NCBI GenBank assembly: GCA_012295275.1
Contig: CM022667.1
Coordinates: 9,796,001-9,860,000 of the forward strand
Length of the DNA stretch: 64,000 nucleotides
Direction of reading: 5' to 3'
From: Chrysomallon squamiferum
Lineage: Eukaryota; Animalia; Mollusca
Positions 32,808-46,500 of the stretch are shown piece by piece; within the stretch, counting starts at the first letter, position 1; each line of letters begins with the position of its first letter. A program made the translations under genes and the position numbers. The notes beneath the pieces were generated by a model. It saw only the letters and a program-made list of their open reading frames with translations. It did no database searches and was not told where the DNA came from.

Positions 32808-34470
32808 TATCTTGCTTACATCAGTATAGATTTGAAAAATCTGTTCTTCAGGTAAATCAGAAAGGATATGAACATCTTCTGGAAAAAGCTTTTGCACAGA
32901 CAGTTTTGAATTCACAGAATGAAAACATCAGGTGAGAAATAGTATTATCTCCTACAGTTGCCCTTTTGTTTTCTGTCATGAACTTTATGCAGTAATATAC
33001 ATAAAAAAAAAAATAAAAAAAATAAAAATAAAACATTTGTTTATCCAAATTGTCTATAACTCGATGGCCTGACTGAGAAATAGTAATGTACTAAATAGAA
33101 CAAGCTGTTGTATAGTTCACCTGCAGTGAGGGGGTCTGACTGTCACAGAGTTAGTCATAACTTTGATAACAAGCCTTTTTATATTATTTGTTTTCCATAA
33201 AAATAATAATATTAATAAAAAAGTGTAATTCTTTTAAAAAATGTTTTAATAACTTTTCAGATATGAAGCATTTGATTTCCATCCTGGATGCAGCAAATTG
33301 AGATGGAATGTTTAATTTTCTGAGAAAGAAAAAGATATATATATATATATATAATCTTTAAAATAAAAAATGGTATAACTTTTCAGATATGAAGCGTTTG
33401 ATTTCCATCGTGAATGCAGCAACCTGAGATGGGATCGACTTTCTCTTCTGATAGACAGACTGCAGGAAGAGAGAAGACAGTTTGGGTTAGAAATTTTACT
33501 TGTCTCTTTAATCTGTTCACCACTGAAAAGGAGCAGTTTGAAGTAAACAGTCTACAGGCATAAAAATAGTGTATGAAACAAAATGATTATTGAAATCCCA
33601 AAAATTATCTTGACTGTAGTCAGTTATTCACCCAATTTTTCTCAAAGAAGAAACATTGGAGGATACAAAACATAATGAAGCACGTTCAATACTTTTAGTC
33701 TACATTTACTGCAGTCATTAGTATTTTTATTTCCCTTGGCCCCATAGTGACTGCTTTAAAAAATACAGTAAATTTTCAGTAAAGACAGAATCTGTGATGT
33801 ATTGTTTCATATTTTAATTATTCCTGGGCATCATTTACTTTTAACATGGTTAAAATATTTGCCTTAACATAATAATCACCTTGTGAATAAAGAGATTAGT
33901 TTTCATTTGATTTCAAGATAGTTTTCTATTTGATGTATAGATTGTGAAAAACAATTTGGTTGTTCGTTTTAATTAAATTTTAAACTAATATTTTTGTTAT
34001 ATGTTAGGATATTATTGTTAAATATTGGCTGCCAGACACATAATGCACTTTTATTTTTGGTTTAATTTATTCAATATGATTTATAAATTTATTCTTAAGT
34101 AAAGGCTAGCAGACACACAGTATGTGTTTATTTTATTCCTTCTCTAGTTACTTCTTTGTCCAGAGAGACGGGAAAGTCTTGTCTCAGCAGTCAGGCACAT
34201 TTCGGACAAACTGCATGGACTGCCTTGACCGGACCAATGTTGTCCAGAGCATGCTGGCGAGAGAGGTCCTCAGAGAGCAGTTAGCAGTGAGCATTTTGTG
34301 TTTGTCACCTGCGTAGTGTTGATGATGATGTTGATAATCATCATCATAATCTTTGTTTGTCCTGTTGTTTCAACATTTTCCTGTCTTTTGTTATTTCTGC
34401 CAAACATTTCCTGTCTGATACTTAGTTAGATCATCATTCCTTTGTCTTGCTATAATAATAGTACTGGTAA

Positions 34471-34502
<32 letters not shown>

Positions 34503-35221
34503 AAAGACTTTTATAATAATTATAATCACTACTAATAATTTTTGAAGCAATGTTTTTTGACACAAAACACAAATAGTTTGTTTAATGTTTGTTTGTGAGT
34601 GTATGTGCACATGCATTCATGTGTGTTTTATACAATTTTATTCCTTTTTAGGTGTCATTTTTGTGTTTTTGGCAGAAGATTATTATATAATTATTTTTTT
34701 AAATTATTACTGTTATTTTATTTATTTTTTATTTTTTTTATTTTTTATTTTTATTAAATTTTTTTACATTTTTTTATTTATTTATTTATTTATTTATCTA
34801 TTTATTTATTTTTATTATTATTTATTTATTATTTTTTTATTTTTTGAGGAGGTGAAATTTATTAATGATTTATTCTGTTTTATTCACAGAGATTAGGGGT
34901 TCTAGAAAATGGTGAAACAATACAAAATGGCAGCACATTTGATATGATCTACAAAAATGGTAATTGCATTTACAGTTTAATTTTATTTTTAATTATTATT
35001 ACTACATGGGAAGATTATTTGCCTGTTTGCCTAACTAAAAACTAATTTGATATAAATAAAATTATAACACATACTTTCTGTTAAAACAGACTTTAAAGAA
35101 GATATATTAGCTTCAAGAAGCTCAGCGAAATAAAAAAACAAATTAGAAGCAAATATATTTTATCAACCTACTTCTGTTGATTTGATATTCAGTATTTAAT
35201 GCAGTCGCTGCATAAATACCA

Positions 35222-35269
<48 letters not shown>

Positions 35270-35640
35270 GCATGATGACAATGATTTGTACTAATTAACT
35301 ATAAAAATGGGTGTAGATGTTGTTAAACATGAAAACTGTGGTTTGAATGTCTTTCAGTGTGGGCAGACCATGCAGACATTATTTCTAAGCAGTATGCAGG
35401 AACTGGTGCCTTGAAAACAGATTTCACAAGGTAACACACACATTTTCATTCACTGGTTTTAGAACTTGGGCATTAGGTGTGAGAAAGGTTAAAGTTTGGT
35501 ACACTTTTAATAATTATTAATTTGGTTTATAGAAAAAAGTATGCTTCAAAATGGTTTTGTTATGACATCAGGTTAAACATTGCATAAATTTAATTAAGCT
35601 CTTAGGAGTCCTGTTACTGAATTAAAAAAAAAAAAAAAAA

Positions 35641-35680
<40 letters not shown>

Positions 35681-36832
35681 TACTATTTAATAAATACAGT
35701 GATAGTTTTTGTATCAGTTTATATATTTATATTGGAATTTGAAAATATACTGATTAAGAAAAATGTATTACACAGTAAATGCATTGATTATTTTTAAACT
35801 TAATTTTTATACTGCAGTGTGGAAATTATTCCTTTAAAAATAAACTGAAAAAAAAAAAAAATTATGTTTTAAATTCATTGGTTATATATGATTAAATTTG
35901 GGGCATTTTTCATTGCAATGGAATCTGACAACTTCATAATGTGAATCGGATATTTCTGTTGTTAGGATTAAAGTTTCTTCAGTCAGAATACTCTTTATGT
36001 TTCCAGAACAGGAAAACGAACAACCACTGGCTTGATGATGGATGGCATCAATTCACTGATCAGATATTTCAAAAACAACTTCCAGGATGGTTTCAGACAA
36101 GTATGTCATTTTGTAAAGTACTGGCTATTTTTGATAATTATATAAAAGGACATTTGTAGATTACCTCTGTAAAACAAGCTTTGAGTGTTTTTCCCAATCA
36201 AAATGAAGACCGAATGGTAAAAAAACAAAAACATTAGAACTTGACTGTTGTCAGATTTTGTCATTATTTTTTTATGTTTTGGGGTAACAAAACATACCTC
36301 ATTTTTCAGTCCAGTTAAATTTGAAATAAGCATGGTAGTAATAATAATAAAAATAATAATATTAATAGTTATCATTTTTCTTCTTCTATTTTTTTCCCCA
36401 GGATGCAATAGACTTGTTGCTAGGCAACCACATTGTGGAAGAGTCTGAAGGGATATTAGAGCCCTCACCACTCAAAGTGGAGCGAGATTGGAAATATTAC
36501 GCAGTAAGCAATGTTAATACAAACTGAATACTTCTCAAAATAATCGAAACTGAACATTTTTGAACAGTTTGTAGTTTTCCCAGGTCCTAGTGTCAAAATT
36601 AATGTTAAAATTAATTTAAAAAAAAAAAAAAAAAAAAAATTATAAATTATACAAAACTACCTGCTCTAGACAACAAAGAAACAGACTAAATTATTTAGTA
36701 AATATGTCTAAATATTTTCAGGTGGTTGTTTATAGATGACACTATTTCATAATAATAAAGTGTAACATACAGACAGACTAAATATTTTCATTTGGATAGT
36801 TTAGGGACACTTTATGGATAAAGTAATAATAA

Positions 36833-36863
<31 letters not shown>

Positions 36864-37905
36864 ACAATTAAGAGACTAAATACATTTAAAGATTTTTCTG
36901 TGGCTATTCATAGACACTAATCTTTTCTAAATAATAAAGTATAACAATAATGAACTCAATAAGCTACTTTTTATGCTCTTTGCTTTGTAATATAATTATG
37001 CACAAATACTGAGTTGAATCCAAATAACACACTATCTTTTTAAGTGACATTCAGAGACAATAGTTAGATAGGCATATTCAACCACAAGTCATGTCTCATT
37101 TCAGAATAATTATATACTTAATACATTTCTGTCACATATAGTGAAACCATGTGAAAAATGCTCTGAACTTTTTGTTCGAATGCAGTATTATAAAATGAAA
37201 AACTTGAATAATTGTTCAAGTGATTTAAAAAAAATGTTTGTGTTATTATTACATTTTGTTGTTTTATATCTTCAGATACCAGTTATATTTCTGATTGCCA
37301 TGGCAATGTTTGTCATCAGTATTCTGCTGCCAGATGGTAAACTGTTTTTTAGTTTTTCCTAAGAAGCATTTTGATAAAATAAATGATTCTGAACATCAAG
37401 TATTTCTAATTTGTCAGTGAAATATCTCATTAACTCAAATTTTAAGATTTCTTTTTATTATGCAAAAATGTGACGCACATATTTTATTTAATATCATTCA
37501 TCTATTACTTTTATCATCATCATAATCTTTTTATTATTATATTACTGTTATTAGATCATCCGTGTCATCATCATTATTCTCTTATTATTATTGTTATCAA
37601 CATCATTATCAGTATTATCATCACTATCATTATGATCATCAGTATCATTATCATCAGTATCACTTACCATTATAATCATTATTATCATTATTTTTATATT
37701 ATAATCATCATTATGATAATCATTATCATTGTTTTATCATCAGTGTGATTATCATTATTCATTTTCAGAACACTTCACAGAAAATATGATGTACATTCTG
37801 TTCTGGGGGGCAGCTTCTGCGATATCCCTAGCGGTCATCGTGACCTATGGACAGGAGTTTGTTGACCAGCCTCGTCTAACTCAGGCCAAAGTGAAAATGG
37901 ATTAG
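25250..37905 (+). CDS. SACM1L: Phosphatidylinositol-4-phosphate phosphatase SAC1 (18 coding exons, 590 aa)
   Basis: Exons: 25250-25275, 26243-26340, 26851-26928, 27508-27635, 28194-28343, 30912-31005, 31311-31498, 32179-32265, 32449-32517, 32852-32931, 33387-33485, 34148-34286, 34890-34959, 35358-35430, 36007-36100, 36402-36503, 37276-37336, 37769-37905. All are phase-compatible GT-AG, 1773 nt in total. Motifs: [28 protein letters not shown], catalytic CX5[35 protein letters not shown], two C-terminal hydrophobic segments, and KVKMD-stop (KxKxx ER retrieval). Confidence 0.97.
26435..26790. repeat. Minisatellite, about 58-bp unit, in SAC1 intron 2
   Basis: About 6 degenerate copies of ATATGTAAAAGTGTTTATTATTTATAATGTACTTCCAAGTGATACTAGATTTTTAAA. 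Confidence 0.8.
31006..31310 (+). other. U12-type (minor spliceosome) GT-AG intron in SAC1
   Basis: Donor GTATCCTC at 31006; branch site TTCCTTAAC at 31293-31301; short purine-rich run to the AG at 31309-31310 with no polypyrimidine tract. Confidence 0.85.
33225..33315 (+). pseudogene. Truncated tandem duplicate of the SAC1 exon-11 acceptor and 5' half (pseudo-exon)
   Basis: ATAACTTTTCAG|ATATGAAGC at 33249-33269 is repeated 126 nt later at the true exon. The copy reads [20 protein letters not shown], against [18 protein letters not shown] in the true exon. Confidence 0.85.
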
Positions 37906-38723
37906 CTATATGAACGGGGTATTTTCATTGTCTGAGGAAGAAGTGTGTCTTTCTAAATGTGGCCTGTGTATGTCTCTGTTTGTCTGCTGTTTGACAAGAT
38001 TCTGTTTCAAATCTTAACTTGTGTTATTTAAGACTAGTTGTGTTCGACTGAAAAGATTTTTAAATGACGTTTCACAATAAAAAAAAAAACCCACCCAAAA
38101 AAAAAAAAAAAATCGTTTTGAAACAAACTTCAGTTTGAGAAAAGTTTAATCTGAAACAAGATTAGAGTTGTTCAGATTTTGTTTCCCTAAGATAAACTTC
38201 ATGTGGTGTATGTTTCAGTTTATCTTGTGCAAATGTTTTGCCTGAATTAGTTAAGTTTTTGTTTTTTTCTCCAGTCAAAGAATTATGCCAGTGAATGGAT
38301 ATATTTCACAGAGAACAATGAATTATTATATATGTTACCTACATATAAAGTGAAATTTTTATTTCAAATTAAAACCCACACCAGTAAAAACCATCGATTG
38401 TTGAGAAAGATTTAATATCACTCCATACTGAATAATCAACAATTTGAAAAGTCGGGGAAATGTATCACTGTAATTATATTTGAATATATATAATGAGTAC
38501 ATACATGCATGTGTGTGTGTGTGTCTGTGTGCATGTGTATTGAGTATGTACATACATGTATGCTTGTTTGCTTGAATATACATAAGAAAAATGTAGAGAT
38601 TATGATAAAGAAAAATGAATATTTGCTTAACTGCATAACCACAAACGAGACCTAATCCTTGTATTTAATGTGCACATACTGTATATACTCATATGTAAAT
38701 AAACAAATGTGTTGTTAATTTAT

Positions 38724-38757
<34 letters not shown>

Positions 38758-39011
38758 CAGTACACTTTGTAACACGCATGGGCATCCCAGCCCTGTGCAT
38801 GATGTCACACTAATGTTAATTGTAACTTGTTATAATTTTCTTCATTCATTCAAATATTCACAAGCACAATTTTAAAGCAGTCGAATAATAAATGTATTTA
38901 TTGGTGATTGTTTTAAACAGACCAGGTACAAAGACCAGCTGCTTTAAAGTGTAAGTGTGAGAGAGTGAGTGAGTGTGTGTGTCTGTCTTTCTGTCTCTGT
39001 GTCTGTGTGTG

Positions 39012-39063
<52 letters not shown>

Positions 39064-41739
39064 TGTGTGCATGCGTGTGTCTGTGTCTGTGTGTCCCATT
39101 GCATTACCAAATCTTGGGAGATGTTTGTAGATAAATTTATGTATAATGTACAGTTAAATAGATACAATATATAATTTAAATTTGTACATCGATATCACAA
39201 ATATGCAATAGTATCCATTTCAAGAAGTGTAAATATTTTAGTGTTTAAAGAATTCTGATAGATGTGTGTGTACATGAGTGCATGTGTGTGTACAATAAGG
39301 AAAAACATAATAGCAGATTAATGTATACCTGTACTACATGTATTTAATTTTATGAATGGAGTTGGGTTAGATGTATTATTTTTATTATTTTTTTAAATTT
39401 TTATGGGTGGAAGTAGGTTTACAGTAGAAAAATATTGTCATTTTAAATAAACCTTACCTGAATACCCCCCCACACACACATATATTTAAATTCTATCTAC
39501 CTAAGTACTTCATACATATATTATTTTTTTTCTTTTTCACTATTAACTACTTTTATTATTAATATTAGTTTTTGCAGTTACCATTTATTACATTTATTTA
39601 TTTTTTTTTTTTTATTAAATTTGTTCTGATTGATTTTCATTCATTATGATTATTTCCATGATAATAATAAAATAAAAAAATAAAATATTAATTTCAATAT
39701 AATTATATATATGGATTTTAAAATAATTAGAAAATTGTGCAATATTAAAATTTGGGGTCCAGTTATGAGGTCAGTGTTTTAATGTTCTGTAATTGATACA
39801 TATCAAATCATGTAAAAAATGTATAATAATATTAAAAGAAAAAAAAAAAAAATTATGTATGATAATAATAAAGTGTATATACATGTATTATGTTTGTCAT
39901 AGTTAGTTCATGACATTTATAGAATTTGTTAAATGTTCATACTTTGTGATGAAATATACAAATAGAGCAGGTTTGTTTCTGTTGTTGTTTTTTTTGCAGG
40001 GGGCAGTTTGTGGTTGTTTTTATTTTTTTACTTACATTGATAAAATTATGTATTCATATATAATACATACACACAAATAAAATAAATGAAAAATATTGAA
40101 AATATATTTTTATTGTACAATTTTGAGAACTAAGATAATTTACAGATACAAATACTTATGTATGTGTGTTTATGTATGTATGTTTGTATATATGTATACG
40201 AGCCAACAATTTTTTTACAAAATGTTTTTAATATTGATGTAAATATGTTTTCTTCATATGGTGACAAAGCCTGCAATGACTGCAAAAATGGATACAAACG
40301 GTCTAATTTTATATATAATTTTTTGACAACAGTTGATATCACACAACCTTCCAGGTAGCACTGGTGAGAAAAAAAAAAAAGAGATATAAAATAGAAATCA
40401 TTTATGAATTTGTAACGTCTGTCCCAGTTTGTAATATTAGTCAGATCTTCTAAGCACATACACTGCAGTGGAGAATGAAATCGTAACAAAATGGAGATGA
40501 TGATACAAGAAAAATGACTATTTGCTCAACTCCAAACTCCCACAATGTGCATTTCATGTACATGTCCATATATGATCAGTAACACACACACATACACACA
40601 CACAGATAACAACTGGTTAGTTTCTTAAGAATAACAGCTTTGTCCTGTGAAGGTGAGAATGGCCAGATGCAGTGTGGCAGCGTGTGTGTAAAACAGGCCA
40701 TTCAAACTGAGCATGATAAAGCTGATAACTTAAGACTGTTATCAGTTACTTCTGTTATTCTGCAAAGCTGAATGGTAAAAAAAAAAAAAAAAAAATATTA
40801 ACTGTTTTACATCTCATACTGATTTCATTGTCAAGTAATTTATAGAAGTAACATAGTTCTATCCCATAAAGCTATATTTATGGTCAGTGTCTGAAAATGT
40901 AGAAATTAATCTGTTTATCTTGCCACTGCATACAGTGAAGGCAAAAAAAAAAAAAAAAATAATAATAATAATAATAAAATTTGTATCTATGTACATACAA
41001 ATTTTAAATGCTACAAGAATATAAAATGAAAGTAACTAGAAATAAAATTTAAATAATACTTGATATGTTTGCTGTGATGTATGATAATGACGTTATTTAG
41101 ATACATTATGTAACCACCAACTGTAAAAAGATGAATTTATAAAGTAAATATACACACAATTATATTTTCAAAAATGAATAATTTTAAGTACAACTTACAA
41201 AATAAAATTAAAAAAAAAAAAAAATTGGCTCAAAATAATAAATTAATAAATAAAACTAACTGAATAAACTAATAAAAGTAAAAATTGATGCTGTAATAGT
41301 AAGTATAACTGAAGAACATAATTATTTTAAATGGAATTTTTAATATTAATGCAGTTTTAAATTGAAATAATATTTAAATTAATGTAGTTCCAAAAAAAAA
41401 AAAAAAAAAACCTTCAGAACATTATATCAGTCTTAGTGAAATGAATTAAGAAATAATATCTCAAAAGTGAGATTTAAAAACCATTTTTTAATTTTAATGT
41501 TCTTAATGATTTTATCAGTAAAAACATAACAAAAACAAAACCACAAAATAAAACAAACGCATGGATAGAATTTTCAAAAACAAACTCTACAATACATATA
41601 AAAATAATTCTAATAAAACATGATAATTATCTCTGAAGAAAATTAAAAAAAAAATAATTTTGCTGATATCGTGGACGGATAATAATAATAATAAAAAAAT
41701 AAATTAAAATATGTCTTTGTTTATAAACCTAACAAGCAT

Positions 41740-42598
41740 CTAGCCAAACTTCTTGTCATCTAATGGACTGACAACAGTTGTTAGAACGAGCTGGTTCTGG
41801 AAAATAAATAGTTTGACTCTCTCCATCACGAATAAAAAGAGGAGGAGGACGGGCAAATACTGGATCCATCCCCACTTGATGAGGTACCAGAATCCAGGTG
41901 TGTAGCTGAACAGGTGTTAAGGAAATAGTAAGTAATCAAAAAAAAAAAATAATAAAAAAATATTTAAGAAAAAAATAATAATAATAAAAAATAAAAAATA
42001 AAAATAAAAGAAAAAAATAAAAAAAAAAAAAATAAAAAAAAAATAAAATAAAAATAAAAATAAAATAAAATAATAATAATAAAATAGTATTTCATAAAAA
42101 TTAACAAAAATTAATTAATAATGATTAATTAAATGAATAGCAATTGAAGTAAAACAATGAGTAAAACAGTTACTTTTCAAGTAGGTGAAAAATATTTAGT
42201 AAATAGTGATTATAAAATTAATAAAAATTGTCAAACAGTGATTATCAAAATAATAAAAAAGTGTCAAATAGTGATTATTAAATTAGCGAAAAGTATCAAA
42301 CAGTGTTTATCAAATTAGTAAAGATTTCAATAAATAGTAATTATTAAATCAGTAAAAAATTTCAAACAAACAGTGACTATGGATATGAGCCCTTTGCTCT
42401 GAAACAATCACTGTAACAATTACTTGTAATTTTAAAGAAAAGAAACTTACACAAACCTTTTTTTCTCAGCTTATTACTGAACTTAAATTAAACTCACCTT
42501 TAAGATAATTAACTTAGTTTGCTAGGCAGGATTTGTTAGCCATCAACATCACTGGGTTCAAAATAATTTTCTTTTTAGTATTATCATATTCAAATATA

Positions 42599-42632
<34 letters not shown>

Positions 42633-42912
42633 ATTATATCTTATAACAAAAAAATAATTAATATTAAAAAGTAGACTGGAGTGTAAAGGATACAGGACAA
42701 CTTGTTCTGGGTAACTGACTGTTGCAGAAATTACAAATGGCTTCCCTGAACCTCGTCCACTAGTCCATATTTTGTACTGGTTAGCTATCTGAGTGGTTAC
42801 TGTTTAATAATAATAATAATAACAATAACAACAGCAACAACAACAACAACAATAACAATAATGATGATGTTTATGACTATGAAACATAAAACTCATAATA
42901 ATAATAATGATG

Positions 42913-42966
<54 letters not shown>

Positions 42967-43421
42967 TTACTCAAAGTAGTAAAAATGTAGATATTAGTAG
43001 CAGTACTAATAAGATTAATAATATACAGTAATAATATATTTTTAATGATGGTCATATTAATAATATATTATAAAACAATAATAGTTATATTATTACTGAT
43101 GATGACGATGATTAATGACAATATCTTATTAATATTATTACCAACCAATTAAGTTGATGTAAATGTGCTCAGTAAGAATTTATTTTTCATTTCAAAAATT
43201 AGCTGACTGATTATTAATATGACTGATTATTAATATACCATTTCTGTCATGATACTGCTGAAATATTGTTGACAAGTGGTACATTTGAGCAAACGAACTT
43301 GCTCCATCAATCAGCGAACTCTGAAATAAAAAAAACACATATTTAATAATAATAATAATAATAATTATGTGGTGTAGAATTTTCTAGAACAAACATATTT
43401 CAGGCCAAAATAACAAACAAC

Positions 43422-43462
<41 letters not shown>

Positions 43463-43540
43463 CTATGAAACTTAACAAAATACTGAACAAATATTAATGT
43501 TTTCATTTATGTGTAGAATGGATTGAGTGTGTGTGTGTGC

Positions 43541-43571
<31 letters not shown>

Positions 43572-46500
43572 ATAGATAGATATTACTGACCAATAGCCAT
43601 TATATAAATGAAAACATTTTTTACTCCTTTCTACAAGCAGAGAGCTGCCATGACAGATGTTTTAGTAGTAAAATAAAATTACAAACAAGACCTCATATTA
43701 TTCAAAGAACTTTCAGCAGTAATATTAACAGATACTGAATAAATAATAATTTCAAATAAAATAAAATAAAAAGAACAGTTATGTCACAATCTGTAAATAC
43801 ACTTCATCCTTAGAAGAAAAAAATTCTAAAATTCTATGAAGTATAAACATTTATCATTTGCCTGGTCTGTGAATTGTAAATATTTGAAAAATATATTAAT
43901 AATTAAAACTGTTACAAAATAGATACAAATTTAAACAATAAAAATAAAAAAAAAAAAACAAAATAAAAAAAAAATAAAGCCAAATAGTCAAATAAATAAA
44001 TAAATAAATTATATATATTATTTTGTTTTCATTATTTTATTGAAAATATGTAGTATTTCATATTTATCAATACTGGATTTTTGTTATATTTTTCCTTAGA
44101 AAAATAAGTAATTTGAAAACAAAAATGTTAACAAAAAAACATTAATGTATAACCTAAAACTATGTACATAAAGAAATATCCAAGATAAAGGAATAATTGT
44201 AATGAAGCACCAAAATTAATTTACACCTTTTTTTTTCTGTATGGGGAGCTCAGATGCATGAAGAAATTAGCTTCATCATGAAATATGTTTTCAGTATTTA
44301 AACATATACTAAATTTCAGTTTAATTTCAGCTAAATCATCCCTTAAATGAATTTAAACAAAACAACAACAACGCAAAATTATGTAGATAACAACTCTTAA
44401 TAATTATTTTTTCCTTATTCAGTAAAATAAATAAAGTCTTGTTTAGTCTGGTAATCAAGCAACAATAATTTTCATTTGAATAAAATTATATTCAGTCAGT
44501 GATTCAGTTATTGAAAGTAACCTAGCAACATGCTGTTTCCATAGATACCAGACATGACAGTAGACAGTTACAGAGACACGAAAAACTGCCAAACTTTTAT
44601 ACTCATGAGACCAAACACTGAGCTAACAAAATTAGCTTTCTTGAGCAAAAGAAATCTTAAAAACAATTTAATAAAACAATCCACCAAAATCAGTGTCAGT
44701 CCTAAATTAATTTATTTTCAATTTTCTATTATTATTCTTTCTTTCTTTTTCATTTAATTATTATTTCCTGAAAAATGCCTATTTGCAAAGTGGCATAACA
44801 AATATATATATATATATAAAACCAACAATAATCTTCATCACCTTGACTACAGACATTACAACCACTCATATGGGTCTGATATTTGTTACTGACGCATCAG
44901 TTATTAAAGTAATTTTATTGTTTCCATAGCGACAGTTGCAGTAACTGCCAGACTTTGACATTGACATGTCCGAACATTGAACTGACAAAGTTCAGTTTCT
45001 GGAAATCTTAAAAACAATTTAATGAGCTGATCTGCCAAAATCAGTGTAGTCATAAATTATTTTCATTTTCATTTTTTCAATTTTTTTTTTTTTTCATTTA
45101 ATTATTATTTCAAGAAAAAAAAATTTCTTTGATTTGTGAAATGGCATGAAAAATAATTGACCTCAAAATCAAAGCATGCACTGTGCCGAAGTTTTAGGCA
45201 ACAGTGACTGTCATAAAATTATCGTTTATGTTTATTTTATCATTTACACAAATCTTTAACCTCTTGATTTTCACCTCCTCTATAACCTGAAATAAAATAA
45301 GAAAATTTCTGATACAGTCCATCGTATCTTCATAAATATATTTTCATCCAGGATGGTATCAAGGGTTGAACTATCAATATTCAGATTTGTTTTACTATTT
45401 TATGACAGCATCGACTGTTTGTGTGAAATGTGTAGAAATATCAAATGCTGAACATTTCCAGTGCTAACATCAAATGAATGAAAACTGAAAAGTATCAGAG
45501 AGTGATTATCAAAACTAAACAGTATCAAATAAATAGTGATTATTATATTTTCTGTTTTTCATGAGTTTAAGGAAATCGTAATCCAAAGTAAGTGTATAAT
45601 TAATTATTTACTCATTCGGCTTGGTACAGGACTTGTATGTTGAAGTTGAACAATGAAGTGTGTCCAAAGTTTAAAAAACAAAAATGTCTGCTACCTGTCA
45701 TTACGTAGTAATTCTAACAAAATAGTTCTTCTTGATGGATTTAACCTAATCTGGATTTCCAGTAACTTTGCTTCTGATTGGAGGAAAGCTATTATTATTC
45801 CTCTTCAAAAAGCCTTGAAAGGTTCCAACAAATCCTTGTAGCTGTTGCTGTCTTGCACTTACTAACTGCACTTGTAAAATCATGGAAGGAATGATCAGTT
45901 GCAGACTTTGTTTGGTTTCTTGAATCTCACAAACTGCTTACTAAAGTGCAGTATGGCTTCAGATCCATAAGGGGTGTATGGTTTGTTTTGAAATGTTTGC
46001 CTGGGAGGCTTTCATCCTCAGTCAACACATGGTTTCTAGATTTTTCTGAGATGCAGAAAGCCTATGATACAGCATGGAAGTACAGGATTCTAGAGGACTT
46101 TCAGGGTTTTCGTCTTTGATTTTATTTCCCAATTTCTTAAGTGACAGATCCTTTAAAGTTTGGGTTGGGTCAACTCTTTATTTGTTGAAGGTTTCCAAAT
46201 TTGCTACAGAAGACCCAGCATGAGTATAAGTGAACATTAGTTACAGCTTTATCTGAATAAATTTCAGCAATGGGCAACTGAAAATGGTTTTAGTTTCTCT
46301 AAGACAAAAACTGTCTATGCATTTTTGCCAAGAAATGAAGTTACCATCCAGATCAACAATTGTTTTTGGATGAAAATCCAATTCTGGTTGTGGAAGAAAC
46401 CAAATTTCTGGGCTTTATTTTTTGACAGAAAACTCTTCTTTATTCCTCTTTTAAAGCATGCTAAAAAGAAGGGATTAAAGCCTTGAATATTTTAAAAACT

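Noticed and set aside
40130-40489. 119-aa minus-strand ORF with an acceptor-like site at 40361-40375
   Set aside because: No recognisable homology, no consistent cysteine framework and no partner exons. More likely 3' UTR or intergenic sequence between the convergent genes.
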